Positions 1 to 12,154 of a DNA stretch of 64,000 bases are shown here, piece after piece. Positions within the stretch are counted from its first letter, which is position 1, and each line of letters opens with the position of its first letter. Under the pieces are notes generated by a model. That model saw only the letters and a program-made list of their open reading frames with translations, did not search any database and was not told where the DNA came from. The DNA is taken from positions 27,594-91,593 of the forward strand of contig CAYOBQ010000002.1 of assembly GCA_964402225.1 (NCBI GenBank), in the 5' to 3' direction. Both the position numbers and the translations under genes were made by a program. Source of the stretch: an uncultured Nannocystaceae bacterium (GTDB lineage: Bacteria; Myxococcota_A; Bradymonadia; UBA7976; UBA1532).

Positions 1-822
1 GGCCTCCACGTCGGTGGCGGTGATCGGCTCGGGCACGGGCACCGCCAGCGTGACCTTGTCCGCCAGGGCGTTGGTGAGCCAGGGCTGACCCTGGCTCAAC
101 GCCCAGGCGCGCTCCAGCGCGGCCTCGGTGAAGGGCTGTCCGGTGTCCGTGGTGTGCTGCCCGTAGAGGGTGCGCACGTCCGCGTTCGTGAAGTCGCCGA
201 TCCGCAGCGACGCGACCTTGATGTTGAAGGGGCTCGAGCTCCCCGCCTGCGGCGCGCCAACGCCGGAGGCGATCTTGTAGTCGCGGACGTCCCGCAAGCC
301 ACACAGGACGACGGACGCGGGGAAGTCCTTCGGCCTGGACCCGTGGCCAGCCCGGAGCTGCGACAGGACCGAGAGCAGCGAGTCACCGCGCAGCGCATCG
401 ATCTCGTCGAAAAAGAGCGCCAGCGGCTTCCGACAGGCTCTCGCCCACGCCATGAGGTTGCTGCGGAGCCTCGAGCCGACCTCCGCCTCGCGACGCGGCG
501 GCGGACGATCGACGGGGTCGAGTTGGATGGACGCCTCCAACTCGATCTCGGTGAGGATGAGGTTCTCCGCCGCCCCGACACCATCGACTGCGATCTTGGC
601 CCCCTCGCAGGAGAAATACAGTGCCGCGAAGCGCCCGTCGGCGTAGAGAGCCCGGGCGAGGGCCGAAAGCGTCGTGGACTTGCCGGTCTGGCGCGGCGCG
701 TGGACGATGAAGTAGCTCATCCGCCCGATGAGTCGCGGCGCTTCTGGAAGCCGTGACTCCGGGGGCAGCATGTAGTGCCGCTCGGGGTCGCAGCGCCCTG
801 CGGTGTTGAAGAAGCGCTCCAT
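1..822 (-). CDS. AAA-like ATP-binding protein (AAA_35/predicted AAA-ATPase type), N-terminal part; gene continues beyond window start
   Basis: Minus-strand frame ending at ~820-822 translates MERFFNTAGRCDPERHYMLPPESRLPE...MSYFIVHAPRQTGKSTTLSALARALYADGRFAALYFSCEG. Walker A is APRQTGKST. The FNTAG..C.PE.HYM.PP N-terminal motif is typical of the bacterial AAA-like domain family. The ORF runs off the window edge, so it is not in the six-frame track. Confidence 0.6.
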   Translation of the reverse strand, partial: MERFFNTAGRCDPERHYMLPPESRLPEAPRLIGRMSYFIVHAPRQTGKSTTLSALARALYADGRFAALYFSCEGAKIAVDGVGAAENLILTEIELEASIQLDPVDRPPPRREAEVGSRLRSNLMAWARACRKPLALFFDEIDALRGDSLLSVLSQLRAGHGSRPKDFPASVVLCGLRDVRDYKIASGVGAPQAGSSSPFNIKVASLRIGDFTNADVRTLYGQHTTDTGQPFTEAALERAWALSQGQPWLTNALADKVTLAVPVPEPITATDVEA

Positions 823-1199
823 GGACTGACCCTACGGGCGACAACGACCGACCACAAGCCGCGGGGTCAGAGGCGCAGGACGGTGATCTCCCGCCCCGAC
901 GGCGCGGTCCCTGACTCGAAGCGAGAGCGCTCGGCGATGGGTGGAGCGGCGGGGCGACGATCGAAGAGGAGCAGCACGCCGTGGACGAGGACATCGGTAG
1001 GCTTCGAGAGCGCCAAACCCGGCTGGCGGGCGCGTGCAGCGCGCCGCGTCGCGACTCTGCCGCAGTGTCCTCAGTCACTGATTCGGGGCAGCCGGCGTCG
1101 CTCTCGATAACCAACGACGCGCGCGTCTTTGTCGGAGCGCGGGTGGAAAACCGCGGGGAGGGCGCAAAACTGCCGTCGAGGTCACGTCCAGGAGAGGTG

Positions 1200-3605
1200 A
1201 TGCCCGTCCGCGCAGCCGTCATCCTCGCCGGCCTCCTGTGCTGGAGCCCCGCCTCCGCCGCACCACCGCCCGCTTACGACCGGGCCGAAGCGGCGTACAA
1301 GGACGGCGACTATCCAGGTGCCGCGCGCCTCTACGAAGACGCCGTTCTCGAGCTCCCCGAGGCCCAAGGCCCGGAGGTGATGACCAAGCTCGGCCGCTCG
1401 CTGGCCAAGGCGGGACGCCTCGACGAGGCGGAGCGGTGGCTGAAGCGGGCGCAGCGGGAGGGGACGCCAAGGGTCAAGGCCATCGCGCTGCGCAACCTGG
1501 GCCGCGTGCTCCAGAGCCGAAACGACCTCGAGGGCGCGCTGAAGCTCTACACCGAGGCCCGCGACGCCCACGCGAGCCGGGGGGAGAAGCGCGACCTGCT
1601 GATCGCCAACCTCTACATCGCAAACGCCGCCGTCCTCGAGGGGCGCCTCTTCCCCGCGTACCAGGCGTACGAGGGCGCGCTGCAAGCAGCCCGCGAGCTC
1701 GGTGAATCGAAGCAGGAGGCTGCGGCCTTGGCGAACCTCGGCTTCGTGCTCATTGAGGTTGGAGAGCTCAAGGCCGCCGATTGGCAGCTCCAACAAGCCG
1801 CCGAGCTTCACGCCGAGGCCGGACGCGGGGCCGATCTAGCAGGGATTGAGCTCGCGCGAGCCCGGGTTGCTCTACAAGCGGAGCGATACGCGGACGCGAT
1901 GCGCCACGCCGCCCAGGCCAGCCAACTCGGGCCTGATTCGGTCGAGTTTCGTCGGAGCCTTGCCGCGCTCAGAGGCTACGTGGCTCTGGAGACGGGGCAG
2001 ATAGACAAAGGGCTCGAGCTCGTCCGGACTGCGGTGAAGGATGGCGAGCCAGTCTCGACGCCCCGGTTGCTGGACGAGCTCTACCTCCTGGAGGCGAAGT
2101 TGCAACTGAGAGCGGGCAGACCAGCGTCGGCCACCCGCGCACTCGACAAGGCCGCCCAGTGGCCGAGCTCGGCCCGACGCCAGGCGCACGCCGCATACAT
2201 CCGGGCCCGACTGGCTCGAGACCCCGCCGCGAAGATGATCCTGCTCAATCGGTTCTTGGACTTCTCCGAGCGCGCCCGTGGGGGCTTCGCGGCCGACGCG
2301 CTTCGCCTGTTCTTTCGCCCCGCAAACCTGCTCGGGTACGAAGAGTTGGTCGGAGAGGCGGCTCGTCACGGTCACGCCGACCTCGCCTGGCGAACCTCGA
2401 GTCTGGTGAAGGGACGGGCCTTCGCCCACCGCCTACTGACCCAACGGAGGTCTCGCAGATCGCAGGCTGTCGATCCGCTGGTGAGCCTCCGGCTCGGAGA
2501 GAGACTGCGCAACTCGAGAGGTGTCCATGAACGAGGGACCGAGCGCGGCGTCGACCTGCCCGCCGGAATGGCGATTCTCGACTACTTCACCACCCCCGAC
2601 GCCGTCGTCGCGGTCTGGCTCGACGCCAACCACTCGAGGGTCGTCCACCTTCCGATCCGCCGCGTCGGGCTCCTGGATCGAATCATCGCTCTCGAATCGG
2701 GAATCAGGCGCGGCGATGAGAGCTACCGCGACGCCGCGGAATGGCTCGCCAAGCGACTGATCGAGCCGTTCGCGGCCGAGATCAACTCCAACCTCGACGC
2801 GTTGCTCATCGCCCCATACGGTGCTCTGCATCGTGTTCCGTTCGAAGTCCTCCCGTTGCGCGGACGACCCCTCGTGCGCGAGGTCGCCATCTCCTACGCG
2901 GCGAGTGTCCCAGTGGCGATACGAGCGGCTCGGGGCGACCGATGGACCGTCCCGAGCCGGGTCGCGGTCGTGGCGGATGCCCAGTCCAACCTACCGGGGG
3001 CTCGCCGTACGAGTCTCGCCTCGCAGAGACGATGGCCCCACGCGAGAGCAGCGATCGGTGAGGACGCGAGCGAGGCCTCCGTTCGCGCGATGCTGCCAAC
3101 TGACCTGCTGCACTTTGCAGTCCATGGTCGGCGGACAGCGCGGGGCACCTACCTCAATCTCAGTCCCGGGCCAGTCCACGATGGCCGGCTCTACACAGAC
3201 GAATTGGCGGCGCTCGACCTCGAAGGGGCCCTCGTTGTGCTTTCAGCCTGCGCGACGGACGCGGTCGTGCCCGCTCCGGGGGATGAGATGCCAGGCCTGC
3301 TTGGACGCGGCGCGCTCTTGGGCGGGGCTCGAACCTCCATCGGAACGCGCTGGCCCATCGACGACGAGGCGGCCCGAGTCCTCTTCGAAGCGTTCTACGA
3401 ACACCTCGAGGAACGTGGGCCATTGGGCGCCCTCGCGACCGCGCAACGCGCGCTGCTCGACACCGCGGAGGAGGCTCCGGTCGTAGCGTTGCGGAGGTCT
3501 CGTGCGTGCGCGAAGAGGGGACTCACGCCGTGCAACCGTCTTCCCACCGCGCTATCTCATCCAATACACTGGGCCGCCTTCACGCTACGCGGAAACCCAA
3601 ACTAG
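1200..3605 (+). CDS. secreted TPR-repeat protein with C-terminal CHAT (caspase-like) peptidase domain
   Basis: Signal peptide MPVRAAVILAGLLCWSPASAAPP after an AGGAG-like RBS. Multiple TPR-like repeats (AEAAYKDGDYPGAARLYEDAV, LRNLGRVLQSRNDLEGALKLYTEA, etc.). C-terminal CHAT hallmarks: HFAVHGRR (His) and ALVVLSACATD (Cys). The ORF-track start at 981 (GTG) is probably too far upstream. Confidence 0.8.
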   Translation: MPVRAAVILAGLLCWSPASAAPPPAYDRAEAAYKDGDYPGAARLYEDAVLELPEAQGPEVMTKLGRSLAKAGRLDEAERWLKRAQREGTPRVKAIALRNLGRVLQSRNDLEGALKLYTEARDAHASRGEKRDLLIANLYIANAAVLEGRLFPAYQAYEGALQAARELGESKQEAAALANLGFVLIEVGELKAADWQLQQAAELHAEAGRGADLAGIELARARVALQAERYADAMRHAAQASQLGPDSVEFRRSLAALRGYVALETGQIDKGLELVRTAVKDGEPVSTPRLLDELYLLEAKLQLRAGRPASATRALDKAAQWPSSARRQAHAAYIRARLARDPAAKMILLNRFLDFSERARGGFAADALRLFFRPANLLGYEELVGEAARHGHADLAWRTSSLVKGRAFAHRLLTQRRSRRSQAVDPLVSLRLGERLRNSRGVHERGTERGVDLPAGMAILDYFTTPDAVVAVWLDANHSRVVHLPIRRVGLLDRIIALESGIRRGDESYRDAAEWLAKRLIEPFAAEINSNLDALLIAPYGALHRVPFEVLPLRGRPLVREVAISYAASVPVAIRAARGDRWTVPSRVAVVADAQSNLPGARRTSLASQRRWPHARAAIGEDASEASVRAMLPTDLLHFAVHGRRTARGTYLNLSPGPVHDGRLYTDELAALDLEGALVVLSACATDAVVPAPGDEMPGLLGRGALLGGARTSIGTRWPIDDEAARVLFEAFYEHLEERGPLGALATAQRALLDTAEEAPVVALRRSRACAKRGLTPCNRLPTALSHPIHWAAFTLRGNPN

Positions 3606-3617
3606 GGAGTTCTTTCC

Positions 3618-4511
3618 ATGGCCGATCCTACCGACGCGAGGCGCCAACAGCAGCGCTCTGAGACGATAAGAGCCCTCGTAGGGCAGGGAGACCTGGCCCA
3701 ACGTTCGCCTTGCACTCACCCGTCACCGACCACCGCACCGGCCGTCGTCGCGGGCGGTTGTGGCGTCACGGTCACGGTTCACGTCGCTTGCAACTGCGGA
3801 GGACGAGGGAACAGCGCCGGCGTACGACCCGCGGGGCCGCCCGGTCCACAGCCGACCGACCCCGAAGACCCCGAGCTCCCACGGCCGTTCTTCCACGACA
3901 GCTCCGTGCCCCGCCACGCCTTCCCGCTGTGGGCCAGCGGCTCCCTCCCCCACCACTACCAGTCCGTCCACCAGTGGGCGTACGAGGCCGCCGGCGACCA
4001 GATGTCGACCTTCATGTTCGCCGAGAACGATGCCACGGCGTACAAGTACCGGGGCTTTGGGGTAGCGGATGTGGGGGGTGGGAGCAGCCCGGTGTCGGTG
4101 ACGATGGGAGCGGGCTACGACAGCGCCTCGCGGAAGAGCTACGGGGCGGGGGACTGGCCCGTGCAGGGGCTGGCGTTGGCGGCCACCCCGGGGCCGCCGG
4201 ATTCGTCCGGGCTTTGGGTCGTGGACTTCGTGCACAGCGCCGCCCCGGCTGGCGACCACCTCCAGTTGGTGCTCATCCCGCGCAAGGTCGGGAACTACGG
4301 CACCTCCCACACCTTCACGAAGTACAAGTACCAGGGGGCCGTGAGCACCTTGGCGTCCGTGGGCGGCACCACGACGGCGACGGTCTACCTGGCCCAGCCG
4401 GTGGAGTACTACGCCTTCGTCGTCTCGTCGCCGAGCGCGAGCTACGGGGTGGAGAAGGAGAACGCCACCTGTGAGGTGGTGTCCCAGGTGTTCGAGCTCG
4501 CGGCACCCTGA
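3618..4511 (+). CDS. hypothetical protein with Pro/Gly-rich disordered N-terminus and Gly/Ser/Thr/Tyr-rich beta-type C-terminal half; translationally coupled to downstream S8 peptidase
   Basis: 297-aa ORF 13 nt after the CHAT gene stop. Its stop TGA overlaps the ATG of the S8 gene (cccTGATGcct). No signal peptide and no recognisable catalytic motif. Confidence 0.5.
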   Translation: MADPTDARRQQQRSETIRALVGQGDLAQRSPCTHPSPTTAPAVVAGGCGVTVTVHVACNCGGRGNSAGVRPAGPPGPQPTDPEDPELPRPFFHDSSVPRHAFPLWASGSLPHHYQSVHQWAYEAAGDQMSTFMFAENDATAYKYRGFGVADVGGGSSPVSVTMGAGYDSASRKSYGAGDWPVQGLALAATPGPPDSSGLWVVDFVHSAAPAGDHLQLVLIPRKVGNYGTSHTFTKYKYQGAVSTLASVGGTTTATVYLAQPVEYYAFVVSSPSASYGVEKENATCEVVSQVFELAAP

Positions 4512-6775
4512 TGCCTCGCTTTGGTGACATCTACGGTGTGGCGGCTCGGCGGGTCCGGGCGGATGCGCCGACGTTGGCGGAGCGGGTCCGCGCCGAGCTT
4601 CGGGCCGCTCGGGCCGCTGGCCTGTCGGCGGTGGCGGGGGGGGATGACGACGACGTGGCGCGGGCTCGGCTCTTTCCTCGCGGGAAGGGCTTCAAGGAGC
4701 CGATCGTCAAGGACTTCGGCGGCCATGGCGTGATCCCGGGGGCGGACGACGACGACGACGGGGCGCCGCGGCGCGTCCCGCCCCTCGAGTTCGACCCGAT
4801 GCGCTACCCGCCTCGCGTCATCCTGCTCTTCTCCCGGCCGCCCTTTCGCGCCTACCGCGACGGCATGCGCGACTTCCTCGATCCAGCGGTCGCGGCGGCC
4901 TTCGCGCGGCTGGATCGGCTGACGGAGGGCGGGATCGATCTGCGGCGCATATTCACGAGCCTCCCCGACGCCGACCGCCGGCGGGTGCTGGGGGAGGTCT
5001 CCGATCGCGCCTACGCGGTGCACCTTCGCCGGGGCCTCGACCCCTCGGAGGTCCACCGGACGCTCGACCAGATGCTGGTGACGGACCGCCGCGAGGTGGG
5101 CGAGGCGCCGCTGCTGACCTGGGCCTATGTGGAGCCGCTGCCGGCGCCGCCGCCGAGCCTCCCGTCGGATCCCTTCCTCGGCGATCAGACCGCCTTGACC
5201 GACCCCTTCCCCTCTTCGATCGGGCTGTCGAGGGCCTGGGACGCGGGGGTCATGGGCGATGGGGTCCGCTTCGTCGACGTCGAGCAGGGCTGGCTCCTGT
5301 GCCACGACGATCTGCCCAAGGCCGCCGACGGCACGCCGGCGATCACGCCGCTTTGGGGCGTCAACGCCGCCTACGGACACCACGGCGCCGCGGTCCTGGG
5401 GCTCTTGGCGGCGACCCACGAGACGCGGCAGGGGGCGGGCGTCGCGCCGCGGGCCGAGGGGCGCGTGGCGTCGGTGTGGTCGGTGGCCGAGGGGGCCATC
5501 TTCGACCAGGGTCAGGGCTGGGGCGTCCCGGCCTTTGGTGAGCCCGATGACCTGCTGCCGTGGATCGGCTCAACGCTGATCCACAGCCCCGCCGACGCCA
5601 TCCTCGCGGCCCTCCACTGGCTCCGGGCCGGCGACGTCCTGGTGATCGAGCACCAGGTAGGGGACTTCGTCAGCTACCGCGGGCGCGAGGTCTTCACCTT
5701 GCTGCCGGCGAGCGCCGATCCGTTGACGCGGCTGATGCTGCGGGCGGCCTATGCCCTGAATGTGGTGGTCATCGAGGCCGCCGGGAACGGTGGCTACGAC
5801 CTCGGCGGCTACAGGGACCCCAACGGGCACGCGGTCTTCAGCGATCCGCGCTACCACACGGGCTCGATCATGGTAGGGGCCGGCAAGGACGTCGGCGACC
5901 ACGAGCGCTACGACTCGGCCACGGCGGGGAGCAACTACGGGCACCGGGTCGACAACTACGCCTGGGGACTTCACGTCGCGACCCTGGGCGATCCGACGGC
6001 GCCGTACAGCCTCGACGGGTGGAACACCGACTTCCGCGCGACGAGCGCCGCCACGGCCCTCGTCGCCTGCGCGGCGGTCGCCCTCCAAGGCGCGCGCAAG
6101 CAAGCGGGGAAGGATCCCTACACCCCCGACAAGATGCGAGACGCGCTGCGTCACGGGGTGCCCTCCGGGGACGCCGCCTTGTACCCGATCGGCGTGATGC
6201 CGGACCTGGATGTGGCCCTCGCGGCGGCCCTCTCGGCGGGGGCCGCGGGCGCCCCGACGCCCAACCTGTGGATGCGCGACCACGTCACCGACACCGGCGT
6301 GCCCTTCGACGTCCTCCCGAACGCCGCGCGACGCAGCCCGGATCTGCACATCATCGAGATCGCGACGGGGGCCCGCGTCGCCGACGGCGATCCCGTGGAG
6401 CGTAGCGCCAACCCCGCCTACAGCGTCGTGGCCCACGTCCGAAACAGGGGCGCCACGGCCCACGACGTCCCCCTGGACCTCTACCTCGTGGCCCAGATCC
6501 CCGACGCGTTCACGGGCCCGAAGACCAGCGACGCACTCCACCTCACGACCGTGAACCTCGGACAGGTCGACCAGGGGGGGGCGACCCCCACGCCCGCACA
6601 GCCCTTCCGCACGGACCTCGGCGCCAACTTCTCGGTCCTGTGGGTGGTCGCGGTGGTCCGCGGGCCCGACGATCAGGCCGGTCAGCCCCCCGCCGCGGGG
6701 ACCCCCGAGCTGGCGTTTCTCAACTGGGTCACGGCCCACGAAAACGTCGCGGTTCAGGACATCCTGCTGGCCTGA
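4511..6775 (+). CDS. S8 family subtilisin-like serine peptidase (no signal peptide; long N- and C-terminal extensions)
   Basis: Catalytic triad context: FVDVEQGW (Asp), HHGAAVLGLLAA (His), GWNTDFRATSAATALVACAAVAL (GTSxA Ser), plus NVVVIEAAGNGG oxyanion region. 754 aa. Confidence 0.8.
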   Translation: MPRFGDIYGVAARRVRADAPTLAERVRAELRAARAAGLSAVAGGDDDDVARARLFPRGKGFKEPIVKDFGGHGVIPGADDDDDGAPRRVPPLEFDPMRYPPRVILLFSRPPFRAYRDGMRDFLDPAVAAAFARLDRLTEGGIDLRRIFTSLPDADRRRVLGEVSDRAYAVHLRRGLDPSEVHRTLDQMLVTDRREVGEAPLLTWAYVEPLPAPPPSLPSDPFLGDQTALTDPFPSSIGLSRAWDAGVMGDGVRFVDVEQGWLLCHDDLPKAADGTPAITPLWGVNAAYGHHGAAVLGLLAATHETRQGAGVAPRAEGRVASVWSVAEGAIFDQGQGWGVPAFGEPDDLLPWIGSTLIHSPADAILAALHWLRAGDVLVIEHQVGDFVSYRGREVFTLLPASADPLTRLMLRAAYALNVVVIEAAGNGGYDLGGYRDPNGHAVFSDPRYHTGSIMVGAGKDVGDHERYDSATAGSNYGHRVDNYAWGLHVATLGDPTAPYSLDGWNTDFRATSAATALVACAAVALQGARKQAGKDPYTPDKMRDALRHGVPSGDAALYPIGVMPDLDVALAAALSAGAAGAPTPNLWMRDHVTDTGVPFDVLPNAARRSPDLHIIEIATGARVADGDPVERSANPAYSVVAHVRNRGATAHDVPLDLYLVAQIPDAFTGPKTSDALHLTTVNLGQVDQGGATPTPAQPFRTDLGANFSVLWVVAVVRGPDDQAGQPPAAGTPELAFLNWVTAHENVAVQDILLA

Positions 6776-7278
6776 CTACAGGACATCTCCCTCGATGCGC
6801 CGGGTCAGGACCGTGTCGATCCGGTCCAGGAAGGCGAAGGTGAACGGCACCGCGAGGGTGACGACGACGACGCGGGGGACGATGAGCGACCCGACCCGGG
6901 CCGCGAGGAGGGTGTCGCCCATGAAGACGCGGGCGACGACCACCAGCAAGAAGAGGCTGACGAAGCCGCCGACGAGGCCGAGCAGGCCGTAGCCGACGAC
7001 GCCCTGGAAGCGGACCTGATTACCGAGGGCCGCGGCGGCGTAGAAGAGCAGGACGGCGTGGAGCATGTGCAGGCCGAGGGGGGAGCCGGCGAAGCCGTCG
7101 GCGATGGCGCCCAGGGCCGCGGCGAGGACCGCGCCGTGGATCCAGGACCGCCGACCGCCGATCCAGAGGACCACGGCGCTGAGGAGGTCCGGGGACCAGG
7201 CGTCGAGGGCGAAGGCCTCGCGGACGAAGAGCTCGCCCATCAACGCGCCGATGCCGACCAGAACCGGTAGGGCGGTGT

Positions 7279-7282
<4 letters not shown>
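6776..7282 (-). CDS. mreD: rod shape-determining protein MreD
   Basis: 168-aa polytopic membrane protein immediately downstream of mreC, overlapping it by 4 nt. Typical mreBCD order. Confidence 0.7.
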
Positions 7283-11085
<3,803 letters not shown>

Positions 11086-11092
11086 CGTCGCG

Positions 11093-12154
11093 CTACGCGA
11101 TCGCGCGGCGGAGCCACCTCAGCACCGACAGCGGCAAGAGGCCCGTCCGCAGGAAGCCGATGCGGGCGCGCCAGAGTTCGTCGGCTGTCTCCGCGCGACC
11201 CGCCGAGGCGAAGTAGCGGACCAACCGGTCGAGCAGCATCGAGACCATCCGCCCGTCGCCGTTGCGGTAGGCGGTCGACACCTCCTCCACCAGCCACGCC
11301 GACTCCGCTCGCTCACGGGCGCGGACCACGCCGGGCTCGACGTAGGCGGCCTCGGAGGGGTCGGGGCTGCACCGAATCGTGACGTCCACCGCGGCGAGCT
11401 GCGTCCCGCCATCGAGCACGGCGACGCGGGCGAGCCGGTGGGTCCCGATTCGCCGACGGGGGACGGCCATCTCGAGGGTGTGGATCAGCGCGCCGGAGGC
11501 GGGCAGCGCGCCGGCGTCCCAGCTCAACGATCCAGCGCGCTCGTCGAAGCGAACCGCGTCAACAGCCCGCGGGCGCGGAGCCACCCGGAAGAGCCGCTGC
11601 GCCTCGATGTCCTGGGCGAAGGCGACCTGAACCTGGAGGGCTCGGCAGGCCGATCGGCGAAGCTGGTCGAGGTGACCGCGCAGCCCATCGGCATCGATGA
11701 CCTCGCCCCCCACGCGCGTGATGAGGCGCTGGAGCGGCCCCGAGTCGACGTCGGGCCCGGCGCAGACGAAGTCGAAGGCGACCCCTTCCTCGGCGGCCTT
11801 CTCGAGGGCGGGGAGCGCGTCGGAGGCGCCGAGCATCGGGCGCGTCACGAGCAACAGGATACGCTCGATGTCCGCGTCACCCGCTGACTCCAACGCGCCG
11901 TGCAGCGTCGAGAACGGCTGCACGGGCTCCTGCGTTCGGTCGCGGAGCCCCCTGGGCGTCCAGGCCCGAGCGCCGTCCGTCGCCTCGAGAGCCCGGCGGG
12001 CGAGGGCCGCCGAGCCGACGACGGCCACCGCGACGTCGAGGGGGCGCGCTTCGACCGGCGGCGCGGAGATCTCGAGCAGCGCGGTGACCTTCAGCGCGGC
12101 GTCGGCGACCGAGCAGACCGGCGGATCCACGCGGCAACGAATCGTGACGCTCAC
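11093..12154 (-). CDS. hypothetical protein, possible vWA-like fold; last gene of the signalling operon
   Basis: GTG start overlaps the TGA of the upstream PP2C gene (acGTGAgc). The product is globular-looking, with DVAVAVVGSAAL...ILLLVTRPMLGASD...FDFVCAGPDVD beta-alpha patterning. No confident motif. Confidence 0.45.
   Translation of the reverse strand: MSVTIRCRVDPPVCSVADAALKVTALLEISAPPVEARPLDVAVAVVGSAALARRALEATDGARAWTPRGLRDRTQEPVQPFSTLHGALESAGDADIERILLLVTRPMLGASDALPALEKAAEEGVAFDFVCAGPDVDSGPLQRLITRVGGEVIDADGLRGHLDQLRRSACRALQVQVAFAQDIEAQRLFRVAPRPRAVDAVRFDERAGSLSWDAGALPASGALIHTLEMAVPRRRIGTHRLARVAVLDGGTQLAAVDVTIRCSPDPSEAAYVEPGVVRARERAESAWLVEEVSTAYRNGDGRMVSMLLDRLVRYFASAGRAETADELWRARIGFLRTGLLPLSVLRWLRRAIA

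Noticed and set aside
981-1199. ORF-track start (GTG 981) for the TPR-CHAT gene
   Set aside because: The upstream 73 codons are low-complexity and would bury the signal peptide. The ATG at 1200, preceded by an AGGAG-like sequence, gives a canonical secretion signal.
5570-6739. Long antisense/alternative-frame ORFs throughout the track. Examples: 5570-6739 -, 9136-10065 -, 21756-24128 -, 23350-25131 +, 30874-32349 -, 35444-36631 +, 48495-50069 upstream part.
   Set aside because: Translations are Arg/Pro/Gly/Ala-rich low-complexity strings typical of non-coding frames in ~71% GC DNA. Each overlaps a gene with clear catalytic motifs in another frame.
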